This document shows positions 36,828 to 45,706 of a stretch of 47,890 nt of DNA, in pieces. The translations under genes and the position numbers were made by a program. Where the stretch lies: NCBI GenBank assembly GCA_021295875.1, contig JAGWBN010000005.1:2776-50665 (forward strand), in the 5' to 3' direction. The notes under the pieces are model-generated. The model worked only from the letters and a program-made list of their open reading frames with translations, did not search any database and was not told the DNA's origin. The first letter of the stretch is position 1. Every line of letters begins with the position of its first letter. This DNA is from Pseudomonadales bacterium (lineage in GTDB: Bacteria; Pseudomonadota; Gammaproteobacteria; Pseudomonadales; Azotimanducaceae).

Positions 36828-38915
36828 ATGGCGAGCCCGGCGACCGTGGTTAAGGCCGTGAATCTCGCAGGCGTCGACCTCTACATCAACCGGGAGCTGG
36901 CGCAGCTCGAGTTCAATCGACGGGTGCTCGAGCAGGCCAAGCGCGGGGACGTGCCGCTCTTGGAACGGCTGCGCTTCCTGTGCATCGCCGGGTCGATCCT
37001 GGACGAGTTTTTCGAGATCCGGGTCTCAGGTCTCAAGCAGCAGGAGGAAGTGGGCGCCACCCAGCGCGGGCCCGACAACCTGTCGCCGTCCGAGCAGCTT
37101 CGCCGCATCGCGCTTCTCGCCCACGAACTGGTCGACGAGCAGTACCGTATCCTCAACGATGTCCTGTTCCCGCTGCTCGACGCCGAAGGGATCCGATTCC
37201 TCAAGCGGAGCCAGTGGAACGCCGGACAGGAAGCTTGGCTGCGCGACTTCTACCACCGCGAGCTCGAACCGATCCTGACCCCCATCGGGCTCGATCCGGC
37301 GCATCCCTTCCCGCGCATCATGAACAAGAACCTGACCTTCATCGTGACGTTGGAGGGCAAGGACGCCTTTGGGCGCAACAGCGGCATGGCGGTGGTGCAG
37401 GCGCCCCGGACCCTGCCTCGGGTGGTCCGGTTGCCGGAAGAACAGGCCGAGAGCCCGCACGACTTCGTGTTCCTGTCGTCCATCATCCACGCCCACGTCG
37501 ACGAGCTGTTTCCGGGCATGAACGCGGTCGGCTGCTACCAGTTCCGGGTGACCCGAAACAGCGACCTGTATGTCGACGAGGAGGAGGTCGACGATCTGCT
37601 GGTGGCCGTGGAGGGCGAACTCTCCTCGCGCCGCTTCGGCGATGCCGTGCGCCTGGAACTGGCGGACGACTGTCCCGGGCACGTGGGCAAGTTCCTGACC
37701 GACGAATTCTCGCTCTCCGAGGAGGACGTCTACTACTGCAACGGGCCGGTCAACCTGATGCGGATCAACGCGATACCCGACCTCGTGGACCGCCCCGACC
37801 TCAAATATCCGGGATTCACGCCGAGTATTCCGGCGCGCATCCAGACGGCGCCGGACATATTCGCCGCGATCCGTTCCGGGGACATCCTGCTGCACCACCC
37901 GTTCCACTCCTTCGTACCGGTGCTCGACTTCCTGCGCAGCGCCGCCGAGGATCCCAGCGTGCTGTCGATCCGCCAAACCCTGTACCGCACGGGGACGGAC
38001 TCGGCGGCGGTCAAGGTGTTGTTGGAGGCGGCACAGCGGGGCAAGGAAGTGCTCGTGGTGATCGAGTTGCGCGCGCGCTTCGACGAGGCCGCCAACATCG
38101 AACTCGCAAACCACCTGCAGGAGGCCGGCGCGCAGGTCGTCTACGGCATCGTCGGCCACAAGACCCACGCCAAAATGATCCTCGTCATCCGGCGAGAAGA
38201 CGGCGAACTGCGCCGCTACGCCCACCTCGGCACCGGCAACTACCACACCCGCACGGCGCGCACGTACACCGACTTCGGGTTGCTCACCGCCGAGCCGGAA
38301 CTCGCCAACGATGTGCAGCGAATGTTCCACCAGCTCACCACCATGGGCCGCAGCGGCCAGCTCAACAAGCTGGTGCAGTCACCGTTCACGCTGCACGAGA
38401 CCATCCTCGGCCACATCGACGCCGAGATCGAGAACGCCGCGGTCGGCTCTCCCGCGGGGATCACCGCGAAGATGAACCAGTTGATCGAGCCCGAAGTGAT
38501 CCAGGCGCTGTACCGTGCGTCCCAGGCGGGCGTGCGCGTGCAACTCGTCGTGCGCGGCATCTGCGCGCTCAAGCCGGGCATTGAAGGCGTATCCGAGAAC
38601 ATCGCCGTGCGGTCCATCGTCGGCCGATTCCTCGAGCACACGCGCATCTTCCTGTTCGAGAACGGCGGCGATCCGCGCATCTACCTGTCGAGCGCGGACT
38701 GGATGGGACGCAACTTCTTCTCCCGGGTGGAAACCTGTTTCCCCATCGAGGACGCGGACTGTCGACAGGCCGTGGTCGAACATGGCCTCGAACCGTATCT
38801 CGCCGACAACGCGCAGGCGTGGGAACTGCAGCCGGACGGTGTCTACGAGCGCGCGGACGGTGGCGGGGAGCGCCGCTGCGCGCAGGAGGAACTGCTCGAA
38901 CGGCTCACCCGCTAG
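36828..38915 (+). CDS. ppk: polyphosphate kinase 1
   Basis: About 695 aa. LYINRELAQLEFNRRVLEQA, LERLRFLCIAGSILDEFFEIRV, the autophosphorylation region GIVGHKTHAKMILV and GTGNYH. The 398-aa upstream extension in the ORF track is rejected. Confidence 0.93.
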   Translation: MASPATVVKAVNLAGVDLYINRELAQLEFNRRVLEQAKRGDVPLLERLRFLCIAGSILDEFFEIRVSGLKQQEEVGATQRGPDNLSPSEQLRRIALLAHELVDEQYRILNDVLFPLLDAEGIRFLKRSQWNAGQEAWLRDFYHRELEPILTPIGLDPAHPFPRIMNKNLTFIVTLEGKDAFGRNSGMAVVQAPRTLPRVVRLPEEQAESPHDFVFLSSIIHAHVDELFPGMNAVGCYQFRVTRNSDLYVDEEEVDDLLVAVEGELSSRRFGDAVRLELADDCPGHVGKFLTDEFSLSEEDVYYCNGPVNLMRINAIPDLVDRPDLKYPGFTPSIPARIQTAPDIFAAIRSGDILLHHPFHSFVPVLDFLRSAAEDPSVLSIRQTLYRTGTDSAAVKVLLEAAQRGKEVLVVIELRARFDEAANIELANHLQEAGAQVVYGIVGHKTHAKMILVIRREDGELRRYAHLGTGNYHTRTARTYTDFGLLTAEPELANDVQRMFHQLTTMGRSGQLNKLVQSPFTLHETILGHIDAEIENAAVGSPAGITAKMNQLIEPEVIQALYRASQAGVRVQLVVRGICALKPGIEGVSENIAVRSIVGRFLEHTRIFLFENGGDPRIYLSSADWMGRNFFSRVETCFPIEDADCRQAVVEHGLEPYLADNAQAWELQPDGVYERADGGGERRCAQEELLERLTR

Positions 38916-38994
38916 CCGCCAACACACTGCGCCTCATCGGAGGCACGGCCTGAATCGGACCCCGGGCGACCGGGAAGCGGCGGCACAGGGATGC

Positions 38995-39029
38995 GTTTCT
39001 GATCAAGCCAGGATGGCTTGGTCAGAAAC
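38995..39029. terminator. 15-bp hairpin between convergent ppk and ppx (candidate bidirectional terminator)
   Basis: GTTTCTGATCAAGCC-aggat-GGCTTGGTCAGAAAC with one G-U pair. It ends 5 nt before the ppx stop. Confidence 0.6.
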
Positions 39030-39033
39030 ATTC

Positions 39034-40650
39034 CTAGATCGAGGCGACCGTGAGTTTCAGCGGGATCACCGCCAAGTACTCGGACTCCTGTTCCAGATCG
39101 AGCCTTGTGAGCGGATGTTCCTCGAGCCAACGCTTGGGGAACGTCAGCCGAATTTCGCCGTCGCCGGTGGGGACAACCCAGAACGCGGGCAAGGCGTACT
39201 CCGAGCGTCCCCGGTGCAGCACCACCGCGAGGCGCAGCAGGACGCACAGAGCAATAAGGCTGGGCGACCCGTTGAGTTCTTCGATCGGGAACTTCCGCCG
39301 GTGGCAGCGCACCAGCATCGACAGGTTGTGCTGCTCGGAACGCGAGAAGCCGGGCAGGTCCATGTTCTCGAGCAGGTAGCCGCCGTGCTTGTGGTATTGG
39401 CTGTGGGCGATGTCCATGCCGATCTCGTGCAGGAGAGCGCCCCAGCGAAGCAACCGGGCGGCGGCGGGGCCCGACAGGCTGCCGGAAGAGCGCGCATCGT
39501 TGCCGCCTACTCCCGGTGCGTTCGGGGATCCCCCGGCAAGGTTCTCGGCGAGGTCCCAGGAGACCTGCTCGAGGATCTTCGCCACGGTGGTGGCCACACG
39601 CCGGGCGTGGCCGGTGTCGACGTGGTAGCGCCGCATGAGATCGGCGACCGTCGTTTCGCGAATGTCGTGGGCGTGAACGCGTCCCAGGAGGTCGTGCAGC
39701 AGGCCTTCCCGCAAGGCGCCGTCGGACACGGCCATACTGTCGACCCGGAGCGCATCGACGACGGCGGACGCGATGGCCAGCCCCCCGGGCAACACCGGTG
39801 CCCGCTCGGCGTCGATTGACTCCAGTTCGATGTCGTCGATGTGCCCGGTCTGCACCAGGTGTCGCTCCAGCGTGGTCAGCCCGTCGGGGGTGATGCCGCG
39901 CTCTCCTGTGAGTTCGAGGATGGCGTCGTGGATGGCCAGCAGCGTTCCGGACGCGCCGATCGCGGTGTCCCATCCCCGTGCCCGGTAGATTTCCTCGATC
40001 ACCTCGAGTTCCTGGCGGGCGGCGTTCCTCGCTTGGCCGAATCGGGCCGCCTCGAGCCGACCGTCCGGGAAGTAGGTCGTGGACATCGACACGCACCCCA
40101 TGTAGAGGCTCTCCATCAGGTGCGGCTGGAACTGGCGACCGAGGATGAGTTCCGTGCTGCCGCCGCCGATGTCAACGACCAGCCGGGCTTCGGCACTGTC
40201 CTCCAGCGGTTCGAGGGAGTGCGACACACCGAGATAGATTAGACGCGCCTCCTCGCGACCGCTGATGATTTCGACGCGGTGGCCGAGCGCACGCTCGGCG
40301 GCCTCGATGAAGTCCAGGCTGTCGCGCGCCTTGCGCAGGGTGTTGGTGCCGACGATGCGGACGTTGCCGGTGGGCAGGTCGCGAACGCGCTGACCCAGGC
40401 GCTTGAGGCAAGCCAACGCCCTGGCGGCGACGGTTGGCGCGAGGCTATTGTCGGTGGTGAGCCCTTCGGCGAGGCGCACGGTCTCTTTGTGCCGGTCCAC
40501 GACCTGCAGGCGATCACCGTGATCGTAGGCGACGATCAGGTGGAAGCTGTTTGAGCCGAGATCGAGGGCGGCGTAGGGCCGGTCGGTGTCACCGGCCGGA
40601 GTGTTCTGGGTGAGCGCCGCCACGACCGATAGTCTACCTGCGGGACGCAC
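39034..40650 (-). CDS. ppx: exopolyphosphatase (Ppx/GppA family)
   Basis: AALDLGSNSFHLIVA, VDIGGGSTE, and a C-terminal HD-like domain (LHEIGMDIAHSQYHKHGGY). Confidence 0.9.
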   Translation of the reverse strand: MRPAGRLSVVAALTQNTPAGDTDRPYAALDLGSNSFHLIVAYDHGDRLQVVDRHKETVRLAEGLTTDNSLAPTVAARALACLKRLGQRVRDLPTGNVRIVGTNTLRKARDSLDFIEAAERALGHRVEIISGREEARLIYLGVSHSLEPLEDSAEARLVVDIGGGSTELILGRQFQPHLMESLYMGCVSMSTTYFPDGRLEAARFGQARNAARQELEVIEEIYRARGWDTAIGASGTLLAIHDAILELTGERGITPDGLTTLERHLVQTGHIDDIELESIDAERAPVLPGGLAIASAVVDALRVDSMAVSDGALREGLLHDLLGRVHAHDIRETTVADLMRRYHVDTGHARRVATTVAKILEQVSWDLAENLAGGSPNAPGVGGNDARSSGSLSGPAAARLLRWGALLHEIGMDIAHSQYHKHGGYLLENMDLPGFSRSEQHNLSMLVRCHRRKFPIEELNGSPSLIALCVLLRLAVVLHRGRSEYALPAFWVVPTGDGEIRLTFPKRWLEEHPLTRLDLEQESEYLAVIPLKLTVASI

Positions 40651-40796
40651 CGTCGTGGCAGAAACTTGTGGGAATGGGGACGGTGGGGCCTGGGGCCAGA
40701 CGCCGGCGCGTGAGGCGTTTGGCGGCGCTAGCGGCTGGACGCTTGTGGACGCGCAGATACATCATTACAAGTGTGTTCGACCACTAGGCTCTATGA

Positions 40797-41267
40797 ATGG
40801 ACAACTTCGACAGCCGCGCCTACCGCGACACCATGGGCCAGTACTGCACCGGCGTGGTGATCGTCACCGGCAACGAGGACGGACGTCTCGTCGGCTTCGC
40901 GGCGCAATCCTTCGTATCGCTGTCGCTGGAACCGCCGCTCGTCGCCATCTGTCCCGCGAAGACGAGCACGAGCTGGCCGCGCATCCGCGCGGTGGGCCAT
41001 TTCGGCATCAACGTACTGGCCGCCGACCAGGAGGTCGTGAGCGAGGTGTTCGCCCAGGCCGGTCGTGCGGCCGATGTGCCGTGGACGACCAAAGCGACCT
41101 CTGCACCGAGGCTGGACGGCGTGATCGCCTTCGTGGAGTGCGACGTCGCGGCAGAACACGACGCCGGCGACCATACCGTCGTTGTCGGCCGCGTATTGGG
41201 CTTCGAGACCCTTAGACCGGACACCCGGCCCCTGCTTTATTTCCGGGGCGTCTACGGCGTCTTCTGA
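40797..41267 (+). CDS. flavin reductase family protein (HpaC/NtaB-like)
   Basis: 156 aa. FRDTMGQYCTGVVIVT, FAAQSFVSLSLEPPLVAIC, GDHTVVVGRV. Confidence 0.85.
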   Translation: MDNFDSRAYRDTMGQYCTGVVIVTGNEDGRLVGFAAQSFVSLSLEPPLVAICPAKTSTSWPRIRAVGHFGINVLAADQEVVSEVFAQAGRAADVPWTTKATSAPRLDGVIAFVECDVAAEHDAGDHTVVVGRVLGFETLRPDTRPLLYFRGVYGVF

Positions 41268-41276
41268 AGGGTCGCC

Positions 41277-41945
41277 CTACGACAAGGCTTCCACCGGGAT
41301 CGATGCGCCGTGGATGGAGTCGGCGGCGGATGAGGCCAGGAACAACACCACGCCCGCGATGTGTTCCGGTGGAACCCAGCGGTCGAACTTCGCCTTGGGC
41401 ATGTCGGCGCGGTTTGTCGGCGTATCGATGATGCTCGGCAGGATGCAGTTGACGTTGATGCGCTTGGCCTTCAGTTCGTCGGCCAGGGTCTCGGTCAGGC
41501 GGATCACGACGCTCTTCGACGCGACATAGGCGCCCATGGCGGCGGCGCCGCGCAACGCGCCCCGCGCGCCGATGTTGACGATCTTGCCGGCGCCCCGTGC
41601 CACCATCCCGGGCACTGCGGCACGGGTCATGTTGAGCACCGTGCGGGCGTTCAGGTTCATCATGAAGTCCCAGGTGTCGTCCGACGTCTCGGCGATGGTG
41701 TCCCCCATGGCGAAGCCGCCCGCGATGTTCGCGAGGATGTCGATCTCGCCGATTTCGCTGACCGCGCCGCGGGCACCCGCCGGGTCGATGAGATTGGCGA
41801 CGAGGGTGGGGTAGGGTGCGTCGTGCTCTACGATGTCGATGCCGGTCACCGTCGCACCCGCTTCGTGGAACGCGCGCGCCACGACGCTGCCGACCGCGCC
41901 GGCGGCGCCGGTGACGACCGCGCGCTTGCCTGTGAAATCGCTCAT
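41277..41945 (-). CDS. SDR family oxidoreductase
   Basis: TGAAGAVG Rossmann motif, and YVASK (YxxxK) after a catalytic Ser region. Start ATG 41945 forms an ATGA overlap with the upstream stop. Confidence 0.88.
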   Translation of the reverse strand: MSDFTGKRAVVTGAAGAVGSVVARAFHEAGATVTGIDIVEHDAPYPTLVANLIDPAGARGAVSEIGEIDILANIAGGFAMGDTIAETSDDTWDFMMNLNARTVLNMTRAAVPGMVARGAGKIVNIGARGALRGAAAMGAYVASKSVVIRLTETLADELKAKRINVNCILPSIIDTPTNRADMPKAKFDRWVPPEHIAGVVLFLASSAADSIHGASIPVEALS

Positions 41946-42814
41946 GGGACCAATGCCTCCAGTGTTTCCCAATCCATTTCGCCGAACCGCCCCCGACGGT
42001 TGACGGGTTGGATGCAGACGTGGCTCGCGCCGGCGTCGAAGTGCTCTCCGACGCGGCGCCGGATCGCGTCCGCATCGCCCCAGGCGAAGGTTTCGTCGAT
42101 GAACCGGTCGGAACCCTCGGCCTCGAGATCGTCCTCGGCAAGGCCCATGCGCCGCCAGTTGTTCCGGTAGTTGGGCAGGCCGAGGTAGGTCCGCGCGGTG
42201 GCGCGCGCCAGGTTACGTGCCTTGTCGGGGTCGGTCTCCATCACCACCTTCTGCTCGACACACAACCACTTGTCCGGACCGAGGATTTCGCGCGCCATCC
42301 GCGTGTGTGCCGGCGAGGTGAAGTAGGGATGTGCACCGTCGGTGGCGTCGCGTGCCAGTTCAAGCATCCTTGGCCCCAGCGCGGCGATTACGGTCGGTGG
42401 CTTGGCACCGGGTTCGATGGCCGAGAAAGGAGACGCCGCCATCTTCGCCAGGTAGTCGCGCATGGTGGCGACGGGCTTGCCGTAGGCGAGGCCCCGCAGA
42501 CCCTCGACTAGGGGCTTGTGGGATACCCCGAGGCCGAGCAGGAAGCGGTCGTCGGACTGTTCTGCCAGGGTCTTCTGGGCCTGCAGGGTGACGCCGGGCT
42601 CGCGGTGGTAGATGTTGGCGATGCCGGTGGCGACGATCAGCCGCTCGGTACTGGCGAGCAGCCAGGCGGCGTGGGCGAAGGGGTCGCGGCCCACCGTCTC
42701 GGGAATCCACAGGGCCGCGTAGCCGAGTTCCTCGATTCGCCGCGCAACGGCCGCGGCGTCGCGCGCCGCCAAGGCATCGGTGAAGTACCAGACGCCGGTT
42801 CCGCCGAGATCCAC
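41942..42814 (-). CDS. luciferase-like monooxygenase (LLM) class oxidoreductase, resembling the F420-dependent MSMEG_4141-type subgroup
   Basis: LGGTGVWYF, IEELGYAALWIPE, LGLGVSHKPLVE, PRMLELA. The cofactor (F420 or FMN) cannot be read from the sequence. Confidence 0.7.
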   Translation of the reverse strand: MDLGGTGVWYFTDALAARDAAAVARRIEELGYAALWIPETVGRDPFAHAAWLLASTERLIVATGIANIYHREPGVTLQAQKTLAEQSDDRFLLGLGVSHKPLVEGLRGLAYGKPVATMRDYLAKMAASPFSAIEPGAKPPTVIAALGPRMLELARDATDGAHPYFTSPAHTRMAREILGPDKWLCVEQKVVMETDPDKARNLARATARTYLGLPNYRNNWRRMGLAEDDLEAEGSDRFIDETFAWGDADAIRRRVGEHFDAGASHVCIQPVNRRGRFGEMDWETLEALVP

Positions 42815-42817
42815 GCG

Positions 42818-43621
42818 CTATCTGCCCTGGAAGTTCCCCGGGCGACGCCCGGCGACGGCGCGTATGCCCTCGGCGGCGTCCTCGGTGGCGCGCAGCCATT
42901 GCTGTTCGGCGAGTTCGTGGTCGGTGGCCCGGGCGATGCGCTCGGCGAGTCCCTGGCGTACCGTGGTGCGCACCGAGCCGATGGCCAGCGGCGCGTTCTC
43001 GGCGATTTCACCGGCCAACGCGTGGGCGGCCGAACGCACTTCGTCCAGGGGCACGAGTTGGTCGATCAGGCCCAGCGCCAGGGCTTCCTCCCCCTTGATG
43101 CGCCGCCCCGTCAGGAACATCAGGTTGGCCCGCTGCTGGCCGATGAGATTGGGCAACGTCACGGTGAGGCCGAAGCCGGGATGGATGCCGAGCTTGACGA
43201 AGTTGGCGGCGAAGCGCGCTTCCGGGGCACCGACGCGGAAATCGGCGGTCAGCGCCAGGCCCAGTCCACCGCCGATCGCCGCACCCTGGACCGCGGCAAC
43301 CACCGGTGTCTTGGCCGAGAACAGGCGCACGCCTTCGCGGTAGAGCTGACCCGTGGTGTTGCGGAAGCCGTCCTCGGTAAACTCCTCGTTGCCGGAGCGA
43401 TCCTCCTGGCCGGAGCCGAAGTTCGCGCCGGCGCAGAAAGACTTGCCGGTCGAGCACAGAACCGCCGCCCGGCAGCGGGAATCGTCGTCCAGCTCGCCGT
43501 AGGCGTCGGCGATCTGGCCGATCAGGTCGCGGTCGAAGAAATTGTGCGGTGGCCGGTCGATCTCGACGGTGGCGATGTGCTCCGTCAAGCTGACATTGAT
43601 ATCGGCAAAAGCGCCGGACAT
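42818..43621 (-). CDS. enoyl-CoA hydratase/isomerase (crotonase) family protein
   Basis: VEIDRPPHNFF, GKSFCAGANFG, AAVQGAAIGGGLGLAL. It ends 3 nt before the LLM start. Confidence 0.88.
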   Translation of the reverse strand: MSGAFADINVSLTEHIATVEIDRPPHNFFDRDLIGQIADAYGELDDDSRCRAAVLCSTGKSFCAGANFGSGQEDRSGNEEFTEDGFRNTTGQLYREGVRLFSAKTPVVAAVQGAAIGGGLGLALTADFRVGAPEARFAANFVKLGIHPGFGLTVTLPNLIGQQRANLMFLTGRRIKGEEALALGLIDQLVPLDEVRSAAHALAGEIAENAPLAIGSVRTTVRQGLAERIARATDHELAEQQWLRATEDAAEGIRAVAGRRPGNFQGR

Positions 43622-43701
43622 GGAGATTCCTCAACCAAACGGGAGACGCATGGTAGCAGACGCCGCAATCGCGCCACGCGCCGCGAATACGGCGGCCAAC
43701 C

Positions 43702-44577
43702 ATGCCTGAGTTTCCCGATCTGACGGTCTACGTCGAGAGCCTGGAGCAGCGCATCCAGGGTCGGCGCCTGACGGCGATCCGCATCACCAGCCCCTTCCTG
43801 CTGCGTACCGTTTCGCCGAGCGTCGACGACACCGTGAACCGCGAGGTGCAGGGCGTGAGCCGGCTGGCCAAGCAACTGGTGATGCACCTGGCCGGCGGGT
43901 TGTTCATCGTCATCCACCTGATGGTCGCCGGCCGGCTGCGCTGGTACGACGCGCCGCGGCCCGTGCCCAAGCGCAACGGTCTCGCCGCATTCGACTTCGA
44001 CGCCGGGACGCTTATCCTCACCGAGGCCAGCCGCAAGAAGCGGGCGGCGCTGCACCTTGTCGAAGGCGCCGATGCGTTGGCCGCTCTCGACCCGGGCGGG
44101 GCGGAGATCTTCGAGATCGACTTCACCGAGTTCCGTGAACGCCTCGCCGCAACGCCTCACACGGTAAAGCGGGCGCTCACCGATCCCCGCACGTTCGCCG
44201 CGATCGGCAATGCGTACAGCGACGAGATCCTGTTCGAGGCCGGGCTGTCGCCGTTCAAGATGGGCCGGCACATGTCCGATGAAGAGATGCGACGACTCTA
44301 CGACGCCTGCCGCGCAGTGCTGACCCGCTGGACCGAGACCCTGCGCACGGATACCGGCGGCAAGTTCCCCACCAAGGTGACCGCGTTCCAACCGAAAATG
44401 GCGGTGCACGGCAAGTATCGGCAGCCGTGTCCCGTATGCGGTGCCCCGGTGCAGCGGGTGCGGAGGGCCGAGAACGAGTTCAACTACTGTCCCGGATGTC
44501 AGACCGGCGGCCGAATCCTCGCGGACCGTTCGCTGTCGCGGCTGTTGAAGGACAGCTACCCCAAACGCCTCCCGTAG
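43702..44577 (+). CDS. Fpg/Nei family DNA glycosylase / AP lyase
   Basis: N-terminal MPEFPDL (Pro2/Glu3 catalytic pair), an H2TH-like middle region, and a C-terminal zinc finger CPVCGAPV...NYCPGCQ. Confidence 0.8.
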   Translation: MPEFPDLTVYVESLEQRIQGRRLTAIRITSPFLLRTVSPSVDDTVNREVQGVSRLAKQLVMHLAGGLFIVIHLMVAGRLRWYDAPRPVPKRNGLAAFDFDAGTLILTEASRKKRAALHLVEGADALAALDPGGAEIFEIDFTEFRERLAATPHTVKRALTDPRTFAAIGNAYSDEILFEAGLSPFKMGRHMSDEEMRRLYDACRAVLTRWTETLRTDTGGKFPTKVTAFQPKMAVHGKYRQPCPVCGAPVQRVRRAENEFNYCPGCQTGGRILADRSLSRLLKDSYPKRLP

Positions 44578-44629
44578 CCGTGTGGGCCTTGTCCCCGCCC
44601 GCGTCCATGCAGGGTTCGTAGTACGGCGC

Positions 44630-45706
44630 TCAGGCTGTGGCTTGTCGTCCTTCGCGCAACGCGGTGGACGAGGTGTCGATGCGGAACTCCTCTTCCGGGA
44701 TGCCGGTGCACATGGCCGCCAGGGACGCCGGCAGCGTCATGTCTTGGAGCGTTTTGAAGGATGCGCCGTCGACGCGCCCGTAGACAAGGAAGGAGCACCG
44801 CAGGGCGGCCATTTCCCGGATCGCGTCGTCCCGTTGCTCCAGTCCGCCGTAGTACTCCGGTGAGGCGATGCGTTCCAGCGTGTCCGTCCCCACGACGAAC
44901 GCCGTTCCGCCAAGGGCGCGCGCCTTGGCGAGGAACGTCGGCGTGTTCGTGACGACGACGTCGCCGGCGTCGAACTGGGCCAATCGATGGTTGAGGTCGA
45001 TGTAGTCCAGCGGCGGCTTGTCGACGTTGGCGATGCAGAGCTCGTAGCCGACGCGCCCTCCCAGCCGTCGGGCCGCATCGCTCCGTAGCGACGAGTGTCC
45101 CTCGTGCAGCGGATTGAACGCCCCCGGCAGGAAGGCCTCGAAGTCCGTCGGTCCCACGTGGGAACAAAGCCCGAGCATGAGATCGGCGAGCCCCGGCTTC
45201 GCTCGCGCCGAGGCTCCCGGCAGCCGCGGTGGTGGCCCGACGCCGAGCGCGGATGCCAGGGCCGCGAGCGCCGTCTCGGACACGACGCGCTCTTCATCCG
45301 CTCGCGGCCGTGCCCCCTTGTCCAGCGTCAGGTTCCAGGTCCGGGTGGTCGCGGCATCCTGGAAGGCAAGATGCGCGCGATGCTCGCCGCGCTTGGGCTC
45401 GATCGTGCGCAGCGATGCGGTAACCGCGAAGCCGAAGTCGCCGCCCAACTCGGTCGCCCGGACGAATGCACGCACGGCCAGGGCCCTCGCGGTCTCGTCA
45501 CTGCAAGCCTGCGACGGTGAGAAGCCGAGCCAGTCGCGGAGCGAACCCTCGGCGTAGGGAACATTGGCCTCCAATACGGTTGCCGAAGCTCCAGGCACAC
45601 CGAGCAGAGCCGACAACGCCCCTGAGCCGCCGCCGGTCACGGTGAACACGCCCTGTCGGGGACACCCGTGAATGGCGGTGGTCAGGTCGTCACCTGTCTG
45701 CGCCAT
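44630..45706 (-). CDS. fusion protein: divergent CinA/PncC-like N-domain plus nucleotidyltransferase (NadD/NMNAT-like) C-domain
   Basis: N-half: VTGGGSGALSALLGVPGASATVLEANVPYA, which parallels the PncC ESCTGG...AGSS...YSN layout. C-half: GAFNPLHEGH (the HxGH motif) and a terminal IDTSSTALRE (ISSTxxR-like motif). Confidence 0.7.
   Translation of the reverse strand: MAQTGDDLTTAIHGCPRQGVFTVTGGGSGALSALLGVPGASATVLEANVPYAEGSLRDWLGFSPSQACSDETARALAVRAFVRATELGGDFGFAVTASLRTIEPKRGEHRAHLAFQDAATTRTWNLTLDKGARPRADEERVVSETALAALASALGVGPPPRLPGASARAKPGLADLMLGLCSHVGPTDFEAFLPGAFNPLHEGHSSLRSDAARRLGGRVGYELCIANVDKPPLDYIDLNHRLAQFDAGDVVVTNTPTFLAKARALGGTAFVVGTDTLERIASPEYYGGLEQRDDAIREMAALRCSFLVYGRVDGASFKTLQDMTLPASLAAMCTGIPEEEFRIDTSSTALREGRQATA

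Noticed and set aside
38916-39033. ppk and ppx being convergent rather than in a ppk-ppx operon.
   Set aside because: Opposite orientation of ppk and ppx is already known from Pseudomonas aeruginosa, so it is not novel. The hairpin between them is listed as a feature.
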